From positions 2,046,001 to 2,110,000 of the forward strand of contig OZ251230.1 of the NCBI GenBank assembly GCA_965240325.2: DNA of 64,000 nucleotides. Direction: 5' to 3'. The notes beneath the pieces are model-generated. The model had not been told where the DNA came from. It made no database searches and was given only the letters and a program-made list of their open reading frames with translations. Positions 18,688-30,600 of this stretch are shown piece after piece. The position numbers and the translations under genes were made by a program. The DNA is from Rebecca billardiae RCC1528 (Eukaryota > Protista > Haptophyta). Positions within the stretch are counted from its first letter, which is position 1. Each line of letters opens with the position of its first letter.

Positions 18688-21600
18688 CTAGCCGCACAGG
18701 TTGTGCAGCGCGGTGACGGCGGTGGCGACGGCGGTGGCGAGCAGCTCGTTGATCGCCTCGCCCGTCGCGCCGCCCTGCGAGAGGAGGCGGTCGAAGATGA
18801 TGGGCACGAGCACCGTGAGCGCGATGATGATCGGCTCCTCGAGCCCGAGCGTCTGCGCCTCGGCAAGGACCCAGCTGAAGAGGAGCCAGCGCGTCTGCGC
18901 CGCTCCGAAGGTGAGCGCGAACGCGACGGCGAGGAGAGCGAGCACGGTGAAGATGCCCCACATCGCGAGCCACGCGAGCGCGAGCTTGACGCGCGGCGGC
19001 GGCGTGAGCGCGCGCATGCTGCGCCGCAGCAGGCCGAGCCAGCCGGCCATGCGCTGCGCCTCGCGCCGCGCCTCGTCGGCCACCATCCCATCGTACCACG
19101 CGACGAGCTCGGAGAAGCCGATCGCGCCGTTGCCGTTCGTGTCGAGGTCGTTGGCGAGCTCCTGCACGCGGCGCGGCCGCATCCGGAAGCCGAGCGACTG
19201 GATGAGCCGCGCAAACTCGTCCGTGTCCACCGCGCCGTTGCCGTCCGCGTCGAATGCGCGGAACTTGAGGCGCAGCAGCTCGAGGGTCTCCGCGTTGAGC
19301 GCACTCCCCTCCGGCGGCTCGCTCAGCGCGGCGACTGACTCGCCGGCCTCGCTCGGCGTCTGCGGCACGCTGCCCGTCGCGAAGGCGAGGGAAGGCCCCG
19401 CCGTGCGCCCCTCGCGCACATCGGCCGCGCCGTGCGAGCCGACTTGCTCGGGCGGCGGCGGGATCGGCCGCAGGCTCGCCGCCGGCGTGGCGGCGGTGGA
19501 CCCCGCGGTGGAGGGCGGCGGCGGGCTCGGGGGCGGCGGCTCCGCCGCAACGTCCGCGGCCGGCTCCTCAGGCGCGATCCTAGACGGCCGGGCAGACCCG
19601 ACGCCGGCGCGCAGCGAGGCGTTGGAGCTCGGCCGGCGCGCGCCCGCGGGGGCCTGCGTCTGCGCCGTGCGCGGTGCGCCGCCGTGCGCGCACGCCGCCG
19701 TCTCAGGGGTGCCGACGGGGCGCGAGCGGCGCGGCTCGGCGACATCGCCCAGGGCGCTCACGGCACTGCCGCCGACCTCCAGGTCGGGCTCGTCGGTGGG
19801 GTGCACCGGCGCCGGGCTCGCGCCGCCGAGGATCGCCGCGACCACGCGCCGAACGGGCGACACCGTCGCCGTGCCAGCCTGTGCCGAGGCGGACCCCGCC
19901 GGCGCCCCCTCGGCCGCCTCCGGGTGGATGGGCGCCTCCGGGTGGATGGGCACCCCGCGCTCACCGCGCGGCGTCGTCACACCTCGGGCGGGCGCCGCCG
20001 CGGGCGCGTGGCTGGCAGCGGCGAGCAGCGGAGCGTCGAGGGCCGCGCCGCCGGCCGCGGTGGGCGCGGTGCGCGGCGGCGACTGGTGCTCAGGCGTGGA
20101 GCACTCCGAGGCCTGCTGCCAGGACAGCCAGCTCCTCCGCCCGGGACCCACAGCCTCGCCAGCGCCAGGACTGAATCCTTCCACCGCCCTTGATCCAGCG
20201 CGGCGCGCGCCGGCGCTGCTCGAGGCGAGCTCGTCGAGCGCATCGAACGCGCTCGACTGCGCCGCGCGGTCGCCACCGCGAACGCGGGCCTCGGTGCGCT
20301 CATCGCCACCGCCACCGCCGCTGCCCGAGGTGCGAGGCGTGCCTGCGCCCGAGCTGTCCGACTTGACCTCCTGGTCAGCGAGCACCTGCTCTCGTGAGCG
20401 CTGGGCACGCGAGCGCGCGAGCGCGAGGTCCGCGGGCGCCGCCGCGCGCAGCGCCGAGCCCGCGCGCCCGCGCCGGTCTGACACAATGCGGCGCAGCGCG
20501 AGCGGGCTCGCGGCGCGGTAGCTGCCGTTCGCGACGCTCGTGCGCACGGCGCTCGCAAAGGGCGCGCGCCGGCGCTCCCGCTCGGCGAGCTCGGCCTTGA
20601 GGAAGGCGGCAAAGACGCGCTTGCTCAGCGGCGCCGAGCGCCGGCCGTAGCCCCAGCGGAAGACGGCGCGGAAGAGGACGAGCGCGGGCGCGGTGAGCGC
20701 GGCCGTGAGCAGCGCGGTCAGAATGGCGGAGACCAGTGAGACGCTCGGTGCTGCCGACGCGGGCGGCGCGTCGCTCCCGGAGTAGAGCATGCACGTGATC
20801 ACGAGCCCGAGCATCGCGATGCTCCAGAAGATCTGCGCGAGCTCCGCGCGCTTGGCGTCCTCAGGGTCCGCGAACCAGATGCCCAGGAGGGAGTGGTCGG
20901 TGGAGACCTTGGCCGCGACGAGGCGCACGACGCGCGTGAGCGTGTGGTCACGCGTGCGGTCGGCTGCGCGCGCGCGCCGCTCGCGCAGCTCGGGCGCGGC
21001 CTTGTCGACGGCACGCCGCGCCTTGCGCCCGCGCGCGAAGCGCTGCATCGTGAGCGCCGCCTGCCGCCGCTGCTCGGCCAGGTAATCGTCGAGGTCGTCG
21101 AGCCTCGCCTCGAGCCGGTCGGCGAACGCGCCGCCCTCCGCGCCGCCCGCCCCAGCGCGCTCGTGCGGCGCGATCTCCTCGCCGCCGTCGCGCGCGGCGG
21201 CGGTGGCAGCGGCAGCGGTGGCGGCGAGACCAGTTGCACCCGCGGTCGGCTCGCGTGCGCGCGCCTCGGCGTCGCTCGGTGGCGACGAGCTGGGAGGCGG
21301 CGGCCGGTCGGCGCTGGCCCCACAGCCGCCTGCATGGATGCCTGCGCGGATGCCGCGCGATTGGCGCGAGGCGGCGGTGCCGACGCTTCCGCCAGTGCTG
21401 CCGCGGCGGTCGCCGGAGCTGGCGCGGCGGTCAGTCGCGCCGGGCCCGACCTCGGCGGGGCTCCAGGTCGTGCCGCCAAAGAGCGCGTCCTCCTCCTGCA
21501 TGCGCCGCTGCTCGCGCCTCTTGAGCCACTGGCGCAGGCCGCCGCTGCCGCCGCTGCCTCCAACCGCGCCCGCGTCGCCGGCGGGCGGCTGCGGCGCGTC

Positions 21601-24600
21601 GGCCAGCAGGAGCTGAAGCCGGCGCGCGCGCTCGCTCGAGTCGCGCACGTCGCGCGCACCAAAGAGACCGACGGTGAGCGCGCACGCGATCGCCATGCTC
21701 ACAACCAGCCAGAAGATGTACGGGTTGGCGTCGATCACGGGCGGCGCGCCCACGCCCACCGCGGCGGCGAGGTCGTCCCCGCCGAGGGTGTTCACGTTGA
21801 AGCTCTCCACCTCCTCCGCCGCACCCGCGGCGGACGGCGGCACGCTCACGCCCGCAAAGTCGGTCTGCGCGGCGCGCGCGCGAGGAGGGAGGAGAGAGGC
21901 GGGCGGATACGCGCAGCAGGAACGCCAGTGGGGGCGCGGCGGGGGAGAGGGACGCGCACGGTGCGCGTGAGTGCCGGCGGTGCGTGGTGCAGGCCCGCGG
22001 CAGAGCGCCGAGCGCGCGGCGGGGCGCGCGCACACACCAGGTGCGTGCACGCGCAGTAGCGTGCCATCGTGCCGTCGCCAGCCGCCGAGGGCGCGACGAG
22101 CGTCTCGCAGCCGTCATCGACCCACGCGTGGCGGTACGCGTCCCACCACACACAGCCCCAGCCGCCCGGACCGCCCGCCTCCGCCAGCCCGGGCACCTCG
22201 ACCAGCACGCGCGAGTCGTCGGCGAGGTTGTTGATGGTGAGTGCCTGCCCGCTCGCCGCGCTCAAGAGCGTGACGGAGAAGACGGGCGTCACCAGCCCCG
22301 AGGCGAGGCGCGTGCCGTTGGTCTGCGTGGTCGGGTCGCCGTGCACGTTGCGCGCCACGCTCCAGAGCACCACGTCAACGCCGCCCACAAGCTGCTCCAC
22401 CGGCACCGCGCCAAACACGGCACCCGGCACGCCCACCGAGCCCGCGCCGCCCGGCCCGCTGAGGCTCGCGTTGCGCAGCGCGGCCGGCGTGGAGCGCGCC
22501 GCGGACACGTTGACCGAGGAGGCGACCGCCTCGTACGGCGCCTCGCCCGCGACCGCGCCGGCGAGCAGCGCGGCGGCCAGCCCGCTCACCGCCGCGCTTG
22601 CTGCCTGCCCGATCGCCTCGGCCTGCGCCGCGCCGCTCGACGCGGAGTCGGCGGAGAAGTCGGTCGCGGCCGCGGCGACGAGCGCGGCGTCGGTCGCGCG
22701 CAGCAGCGCCGACGCAGTCGCCGCGTCCACGCCAGACTCAGCCGAGCCCGACGCGATCGCGGCGACCTGCGCGAGCCCGCTGGCCTGCGCCTCCGCATCG
22801 ATCGAGCCGGCGGGCGCGCCCTCGAGCACGGCCGCGAGCGCGCCCGCGGACGCGGCGCGCACCTCGGCGGTGGGCGCGCCCGAGCTCGCGGCGCCCGCGC
22901 TCAGCTCAAGCAGCGCGCCCACCGCGCTTGCGCTCTCGCTCGCGTTGCCCGCCGCGCTCGTGCCGCCGAGCAGCCCGGCGAGCGCGCTCACGAGCTGCGT
23001 CGCCTCGTCCGTCGCGCCGACCGCGAGCGCGGCGCGCGCGCGCGTGAGCGCGCTCGTGAGCGCGGTGCGCGCCTCGTCTGCGCTCGCGCCCGTGCCGAGC
23101 GCGGCAGGCGCGCTCACGCGCACAGCTGCCTCGGCGACCGCCGCGCCGCCGAGCGCGTCCGTCACGCGCAGGCGCGTGGTGCGGTTGCCCGCGGGCAGCA
23201 GCGCCGTGACGGCGCTCGCGGTGGTCGCGGCGCCGAGCGAGACGTCGCGCGCCGCGTCGACTGCGCCCAGCGCCAGGGCGGCGGGCGCGTGGCTGAAGGC
23301 GAAGAGCAGCGGCAGGTCGTCCTCGTCATCATCCGTCCACCCGTCCGCGCGCAGCGCAAAGCGCGTCTCGAGCGCCACGCCCGCGCTCGGCGCGACGGCG
23401 AGCGCGCCGCCGTACGGCGGTCGGTTGATTGCAACCCGCACCTCGCCGTATGCCGGCTGCGCACCGCCCGTGACCTGCAGCCGGAACGAGTAGACCGCGC
23501 CGGGCGTGAGCGCGCCGGAGCGGAACGCGAGCGTCGGACCGAGCGCACCCGTCGTCGTGACTGCCGCCCGGTCTGAGAGGTCGAGCTCGGCGCCCGCGCC
23601 GACGAGCTCGCCCGCAGCGCCGACCCGCAGCACGGACCACGCGTACGCGTACGAGGCGAGGCCGGCCGCCTCGCGCGCAAGCGACTCGTCGTCCAGGCTC
23701 GTCGAGATCGCGAGCCGCTCGGTGTTCAGCTCGAAGACCGCGGGGTACTTGATACGCGCAAGCGGCGCAAAGGCGAGGGTCGGCACGGCGCCGGGCACGA
23801 CGAGCAGCCGCACAGACGCGGACGCGGGCGCGCGAGCCTCCGCGCTGTCGGCGGCGCGCACGCTCACGGCGAGCGTGTACTCGCCTGGCGTGAGTGTGCG
23901 CGCGCGCAGCTCGAAGACCGCCGCGCTCGCGTTGGCGTCGGCAGCGTCGAGCGCGATCGGCTCGGCGCTCGTCGCGTTGGCGAGCGTCCACGCGAACACG
24001 AGACCGCCGACGTCGCCGCCGTCCGCGCCGTCCGCGCTGTCCACCTCGGGGTCGAAGGAGGCGGACGCGTCGACGCGCAGCGGCTCGTCGGCGGGCACGC
24101 GCCGGTCGCCGCCCGCAATCACCGCGCGCAGCGGCTCGCGCGACACGACGACGCGCACGCGCGCCGTTGCGCTCTGCGTCGGGCTCGCGAGCATTGCCGC
24201 GCTGAGCGCGAGCGCGTACGTGTGTCCCGCGCGCAGCGAGTGCGGCCGCAGCACCAGCACCGCCGAGGTGGCGCCGCCGAGCGCGGGCGCGCCTACGGCG
24301 GCCGCGCTCACGTTGGCGCCGCTCGCCGTGTGCACCACGCCCTCGAGCGCCCACGCGAAGCCCATCGCCGGCTCGAAGCCGAGCGGCCAGCACGGCGCGA
24401 GCGAGGCGAGACCGCGCAGCAGCGTGCTCGCGCCTGCGCGCGCGCGCAGCTCAGGCGCGCCGTCAATGGCGAGAAGCGGGCTCGCGCCGTCGCCGCGGCC
24501 GACGGCCCACTCGACGGGCGCCGAGGGCACGCCGAGGAAGGAGGTGACGCGCAGCACGAAGACAAAGCCGCCCGCCACGCCGAGCTCGGCCGATGCGCCG

Positions 24601-27600
24601 TCGCCGCCCAGCTCCAGCACGGCCGCCGACGCGGGCAGCGTGCGCAGCCGCGCGTTGAGCGACGTGGCGCGCACAGAGCGCGTGGGGTCGACGCGCCACG
24701 AGTACGAGGGCGCGCGGATGCCGCCGCGCGACGACGCAGACGCGTCGAGGCGCAGCGCCGCGCCCGGGCAGCTCGAGATCTGCGACGGGCCCGAGACGGC
24801 GCCGACCGGCACCGGGCACCGGATGCCCTCGCCGCACGGCGCGTCCGCATCGACGGACGCCGACGCGGCCGCCGAGAAGCGCTCGGCCGCGCACGGCGTG
24901 CCGCACAGCGCAGGCACGAGCGCGCCCGCGCGCACTCCAATGGCCGCACCGGGCGCGACGCGTGTGTGCGCCGTGAGCTGCACGACGAGCGTCGAGTCGT
25001 CGGCCCAGTAGCACTGCGGCGCGCCGCGCCCATCGCCGCGCACGAGCTCGAGCGTGGCATCGTCGAGCACGGCCGCGCACGCGCCCACGGCCGTGCCCAT
25101 GCCCGCGCGGTCGGTGGGCTGCGCGTCGAAGCGCAGCAGCAGCGCCGTCGCCGCGCGGTTGAAGGCCACCGACTCGAGCACAGGCGCGTGCAGCCCCACG
25201 AAGGAAAAGGTGGGCGCACCGGCTGCGGGTGAGTACTGCTGGCCGTTGAGCGACACGCGCACGGTCGCAACGCCCGCCGCGCCGTACCGCGTGCGCACGA
25301 GCACGCTCGAGGCGTCGACGGACGTGGGCGGCTGCGCGAGCGCGTTGCCGAAGCGCACGCGCACGAGCGCGCCGCCGTCGAGGCCGCCGTCAAAGCCGCT
25401 GCCGTGCAGCGTCACCTCCGTGCCACCGGCGCCATCGCCGAGCGCCGGCTCGAGCGCGTCGAATGTGGGGTGCGCATACGTGGTGAAGTCGAGGCGCGAG
25501 GAGGTGGTCGACGCCGCGGTGCCGCCGCCGAGCGAGAGCTCGAGCGGCGCGCTCGAAGGCGCGGAGGCGCCGTCGGCGACTGCGGGCAGCGTGCACCGCG
25601 CGCGGCTTGTGGCGCCGGCGGGCGCGTCAGCGGGCACAGGCAGCAGCTCCGCCGGGGCGACGCATTCCGCCGCACTGCCGCGCACGCAGCACAGCTGCCC
25701 GTCGCCGTAGTCGGCAAAGCCTGAGCCCACCAGCGTGACCGCTGTGCCGCCCTCGACGGGGCCGCTCGGCGGGCTGAGCGAGGCGATGCGCACCGCGCCC
25801 ATGTCGTACAGCGCAAAGGCCACCGGCTCGAACAGCCCAGGCACGTCCACGTCGGCGGGCGCGCCCACGCCCGCGAGCGCGACCCCCACGGTGAACGCAC
25901 CCGCCGACGTGGCGGGCGGCATCGCGCACTGCAGCCGCGCGTCGCTGATCACCGTCGCGGCCGAGAGGAGGATGCCGTCCTCCGCACCCGCCTCCACACC
26001 GCGCGCCGCGTCGTCGGCGGGCGTGAAGGCGCACTGCGCGCCGCCGTACGCCTCGGCGCCATCGGCGAGCTCGAGGAAGCCCGCGCCGCGCAGCTCGAGT
26101 GCCGCGCCCGTCGCGCCCAGCGGCGCGCCGGCCGGGAAGGCGGAGAGCACCACCACGCGGATGGCGGGCGGGGGCGGCGGCGGCGGGCTCGGCGGCGGGA
26201 GGGGCGGCGGCGAGCTCGGTGGCGGCCGCGGAGGCGGCGAGGGCGGCGGCGAGGGTGGTGGCGAGGGCGGCGGCGAGGGCGGCGGCGCGGGCGGCGGGCT
26301 CGGCGGCGGGCTGGGCGGCGGCGAGGGCGGCGGCGTGGGTGGCGGGCTCGGCGGCGGGCTCGGTGGCGGGCTCGGCGGAGGCGGCGGCGGGGACGACGGC
26401 GGCGGCGAGGGCGGCGCCGAGGGCGGCGACGGTGGTGGGAACGGCTCCACCCGCGGCGGGGGTGGCGGCGTCGGCGGGCTCGGCGGTGGTGCTGGCGGTG
26501 GTGATGGTGGCGGCGGGCTCGGCGGTGGCGCGGGTGGCGGGACTGGCGGCGGCCGAGGCGGCAGGCTCGGGGGCGCGCTCGGCGGCGGCGCCGGGGGCGG
26601 CGGCGGTGGGCTTGGCGGCGGCGCGGGTGGCGGGCTCGGTGGTAGGCGCGGCGGTGGGCTCGGTGGCGGCGCGGGCGGCGGGCTCGGCGGTGGGCTCGGT
26701 GGCGGGCTCGGGGGCGGTGAAGGCGGCGGTGGCGGTGGCGGCAGGCTCGGTGGGCTCGGCGGCGGGAACGGCTGCGTGCGCGGCGGCGGGGGCGGGCTCG
26801 GCGGCGGGCTCGGCGGCGGTGGGCTCGGCGGTGGCTGCGGCGGTGTCGGTGGTGGAGGTAGCGGCGGCGGGCTCGGCGGTGGCGGCTGCGGCGGTAGTGG
26901 CGGTGGGAGCGGCGGTAGCGAGGGCGGCGACCTCGGCGGCGCCAACGGCGGCGCCGACGGCGGGGGGCTCGGCGGCAGCGGCGGCGGCGAGAGTGGCGGG
27001 CTCGGCGGTTGCGACGGCGGACTGGGTGGCGGGCTCGGCGGCGGGCTCGGCGGTGGGCTCGGCGGTGGCGGCGATGGTGGCGGCAGCGGCGGCGGGCTTG
27101 GTGGGCTCGGCGGCGGGAACGGCTGCGTGCGCGGCGGCGGCGGCGGGCTCGGTGGAGGGCTCGGCGGCGGCGGGCTCGGTGGGTCCGCAGGCGGCGAGCT
27201 CGGCGGCGCGCTCGGTGGCGGACGCGGCGGCAGGGCCGGTGGCGGCGAGTGCTGCACGCACGAGCCGTCGTCCACCTCCGCGCCCGAATCAAAGTTGGCC
27301 GCCGCCGCGTCCATGCAGCCGCTCTGCGCGGTGGCTGGCATCTCGAGCACTCCGGCGCCAATCTCGCTCGAGAGCTGCTCGGTCGAGAGCGCCTGCAGCG
27401 CGCCCAGCACGTCGAGGGCGCCGTCGGCGCTGGGCTGCAGCGCGGCGCAGACGATGCGCGCCGACGCCTGCTCGACCGCCACCACGCTCACCCAGCCGTC
27501 GGGCGCGCCCGCCGCGCTCGAGAGCCTCGCGCCGAGCTCGGTGCGCGCCGCCTCCGTCTCATAGTCGCTCGCGTCCGCATCGAGCGTGAGCGCAAAGTAG

Positions 27601-30600
27601 AGCCTCGAGCCGGGGGGCGAGGGCGGCGGTGAGGGCGGCGGCGGTGCTGGGATGCTCGGTGGTGGTGGGCTCGGCGGCGGGTAGGGCGGTGGCGGCGGAG
27701 GCGGCACCGGTGGCGAGCGCGGTGGCGGCGACGGTGGCGGTGAGGGTGGCGATGACGGCGGCGGCGTGGGCGGCGGCGAGTGAGGCGGCGTGGGCGGCGG
27801 CGGCAACGGCGGGGGGCTTGGCTGGCTCGGTGGCGGGCTCGGCGGCGGCGCTGGAGGTGGCGACTGTGGCGGCGCACTGGGCGGAGCGAATGGCGGCGGG
27901 CTCGGCGGAGGGCTCGGCGGCGGCTGCAGCGGCGGCGGGCTCGGCGGCGGGCTCGGCGGCGCGCTCGGCGGCGGGCTTGGTGGTGGGCTCGGTGGCAAGC
28001 GCGGAGGGGGCTGGAGCGGCGGGGGCGTCGGCGGCGGGCTCGGGGGCGGGCGCGGTGGTGGCGACGGCGGAGGCGACGATGGCGGCGGTAGCGGCGGGCC
28101 GGACGGCGGTGGGCTCGGGGGAGGTGAGGGCGGCGGGCCGGGTGGCGGAGTTGGCGGCGGCGTGGGCGGTGGCAACGGCGGCGGCGGCGCCGGTGGTGGC
28201 GGCGCCGGGGGCGGGCTTGGCGGCGGGCTCAGCGGACGGCGAGGCGGCGCTGAGGGGGGCGGCGAGGGGGGCGGCGACGGTGGCTGCAAGGGCGGTGGCG
28301 GCGTGGGCGGTGGTGGGCTCGGCGGTGGGCTCGGTGGGGGTTGTGGCGGCGGCGAGGGCGGCGGGCTCGGCGGCGGGTTGGGCGGCAACGCCGGCGGCGG
28401 GCTCGGTGGCGGGCTCGGCGGCGGCGGCGCCGGTGGTGGCGGGCTCGGCGGCGGGCTCGGCGGCGGGCTCGGTGGCGGCTTGGGCGGAGGGCTCGGCGGC
28501 GAGCTCGGCGGTAGAGGGCTTGGCGGTGGAGTTGGTGGGCTGCGCGGCGGTGGGCTCGGAGGTGGTGACGGCGGCGGTGGGCTCGGCGGTGGCGACGGCG
28601 GCGGGCTCGGTGGCGGGTTTGGCGGCGGGCTCGGTGGTGGGATGGGCGGAGGCGACGGTGGTGGGCTCGGCGGTGGCGATGGCGGCACACCTGGCGGTTG
28701 GTTCGGTGGAGGCGTTGGCGGCGATTGTGGCGGCGGAGGAGACGGCGGTGGGCTCGGCGGAGGCGAGGGAGGAGGCGCCGGGGGCGGCGTTGGCGGTGGC
28801 GGACTCGGTGGTGGGCTCGGTGGCGATGCGGGTGGTGGTGACGGAGGCGGGCCGGGCGGTGGCGGGTTCGGTGGATGGCTCGGTGGAGGGAATGGAGGTG
28901 GACGTGGCGGTGGCGCCGGCGGTGGTGGGCTCGGCGGCGGGCTCGGCGGCGGGCTCGGTGGCGGGCTGGGTGGCGGGCCCGGCGGCGGCGACTTGGGTGG
29001 CGGCGACGGCGGATGACTCGGCGGCGGGCTGGGTGCTGGGCTGGGCGGACTGGCAGGTGGTGGACTCGGCGGGGGGCTTGGTGGCGGGGAAGGCGGGGGT
29101 GGGCTGGGTGGTGGGCTCGGCGGAGACGACGGCGGAGGGCTGGGCGGCGGGCTCGGCGGCGGCGGGCTCGGTGGCGGGCTCGGTGGCGGGCTCAGCGGCG
29201 GGCTCGGTGGCGAGCTCGGTGGTGGCGGGCTGGGCGGCGGGCGGGGCGGTGGCGAGGGTGGCGGTGTCGGTGGCGGACTCGGTGGCGGTGGGCTCGGCGG
29301 TGGGTTCGGTGGCGGCCTGGGAGGTGGGCTTGGTGGCGGACTCGGCGGGGGCGGGCTTGGCGGCGGGCTCGGCGGCGGCGACGGGGGCGGACTCGGCGGT
29401 GGCTGCGGCGGGGAGAGAGGCGGCGGGCTGGGCGGCGGGGTGGGTGGCAGACTCGGCGGCGGCGGGCTCGGCGGCGGCCTTGGTGGTGGCGACGGTGGCG
29501 GGCTGGGCGGTGGGCGAGGCGGCGGTGGACTCGGCGGTGGACTCGGTGGCGTGCTTGGGGGCGGGCTCGGCGGTGGACTCGGGGGCAGCGGGCTCGGTGG
29601 CGGGCTCGGAGGCGGCGACGGAGGTGGGATCGGTGGCGGCGTGGGCGGCGGTGGGCTCGGTGGTGGGCGTGGGGGCTGGGCCGGTGGCGGTGATGGCGGA
29701 GGGCTCGGCGGTGGCGGGCTCGGCGGCGGCGACGGTGGTGGGCTTGGCGGCGGGTTCGGTGGTGGGCTCGGTGGAGAGCCCGGTGGCGGGCTCGGAGGTG
29801 GGCTCGGCGGCGGGCTCGGAGGCGGCGGGCTCGGAGGAGGGGCCGGTGGGGGCGACGGAGGTGAGAGTGGCGGTGAGCTCGGCGGTGGCGGGCTCGGCGG
29901 GGGCGACGGTGGCGGGCTGGGCGGTGGGAACGGCGGTGGACTGGGCGGTGGACTTGGTGGCGCGCTCGGCGGCGGGCTCGGCGGTGGGCGCGGCGGTGGC
30001 GATGGAGGCGGCGACGGTGGCGGACTGGGCGGCGGTGGGCTCGGAGGCGGGCTCGGTGGCAAGCTCGGCGGCGGTGATGGCGGCGGGCTCGGTGGTGGTG
30101 GGCTCGGCGGTGGCGATGGCGGTGGGCTCGGCGGCGGTCGCGGTGGGGGGCTCGGCGGCGGTCGCGGTGGGGGGCTCGGCGGTGGGCTGGGCGGCAGTGC
30201 CGGCGGTGGCGGGCTCGGTGGTGGACTCGGCGGAGGTGCTGGCGGCGGGCTTGGGGGTGGGCTTGGCGGTGGTGGGCTTGGTGGTGGTAGCGGTGGCGGG
30301 CTCGGCGGTGGGTGTGGCGGCGGGTTCGGCGGCGGGCTCGGTGGAGGGCGCGGCGGCGGGCTTGGCGGAGGGCGTGGTGGCGGTGGGCTCGGGGGCGGGC
30401 TTGGCGGCGGCGATGGAGGCGGCGAAGGCGGCGGGCTGGGCGGCGGTGGGCGCGGCGGCGGGCTCGGCGGTGGGCTCGGCGGCGGGCTCGGCGGTGGGGT
30501 GGGTGGCGGTGGGCTCGGTGGAGGCAACGGCGGCGGGCGCGGTGGCGGGCTCGGGGGTGGATTTGGAGGCGGGCTCGGCGGCGGGCTCGGTGGCGGGCTT

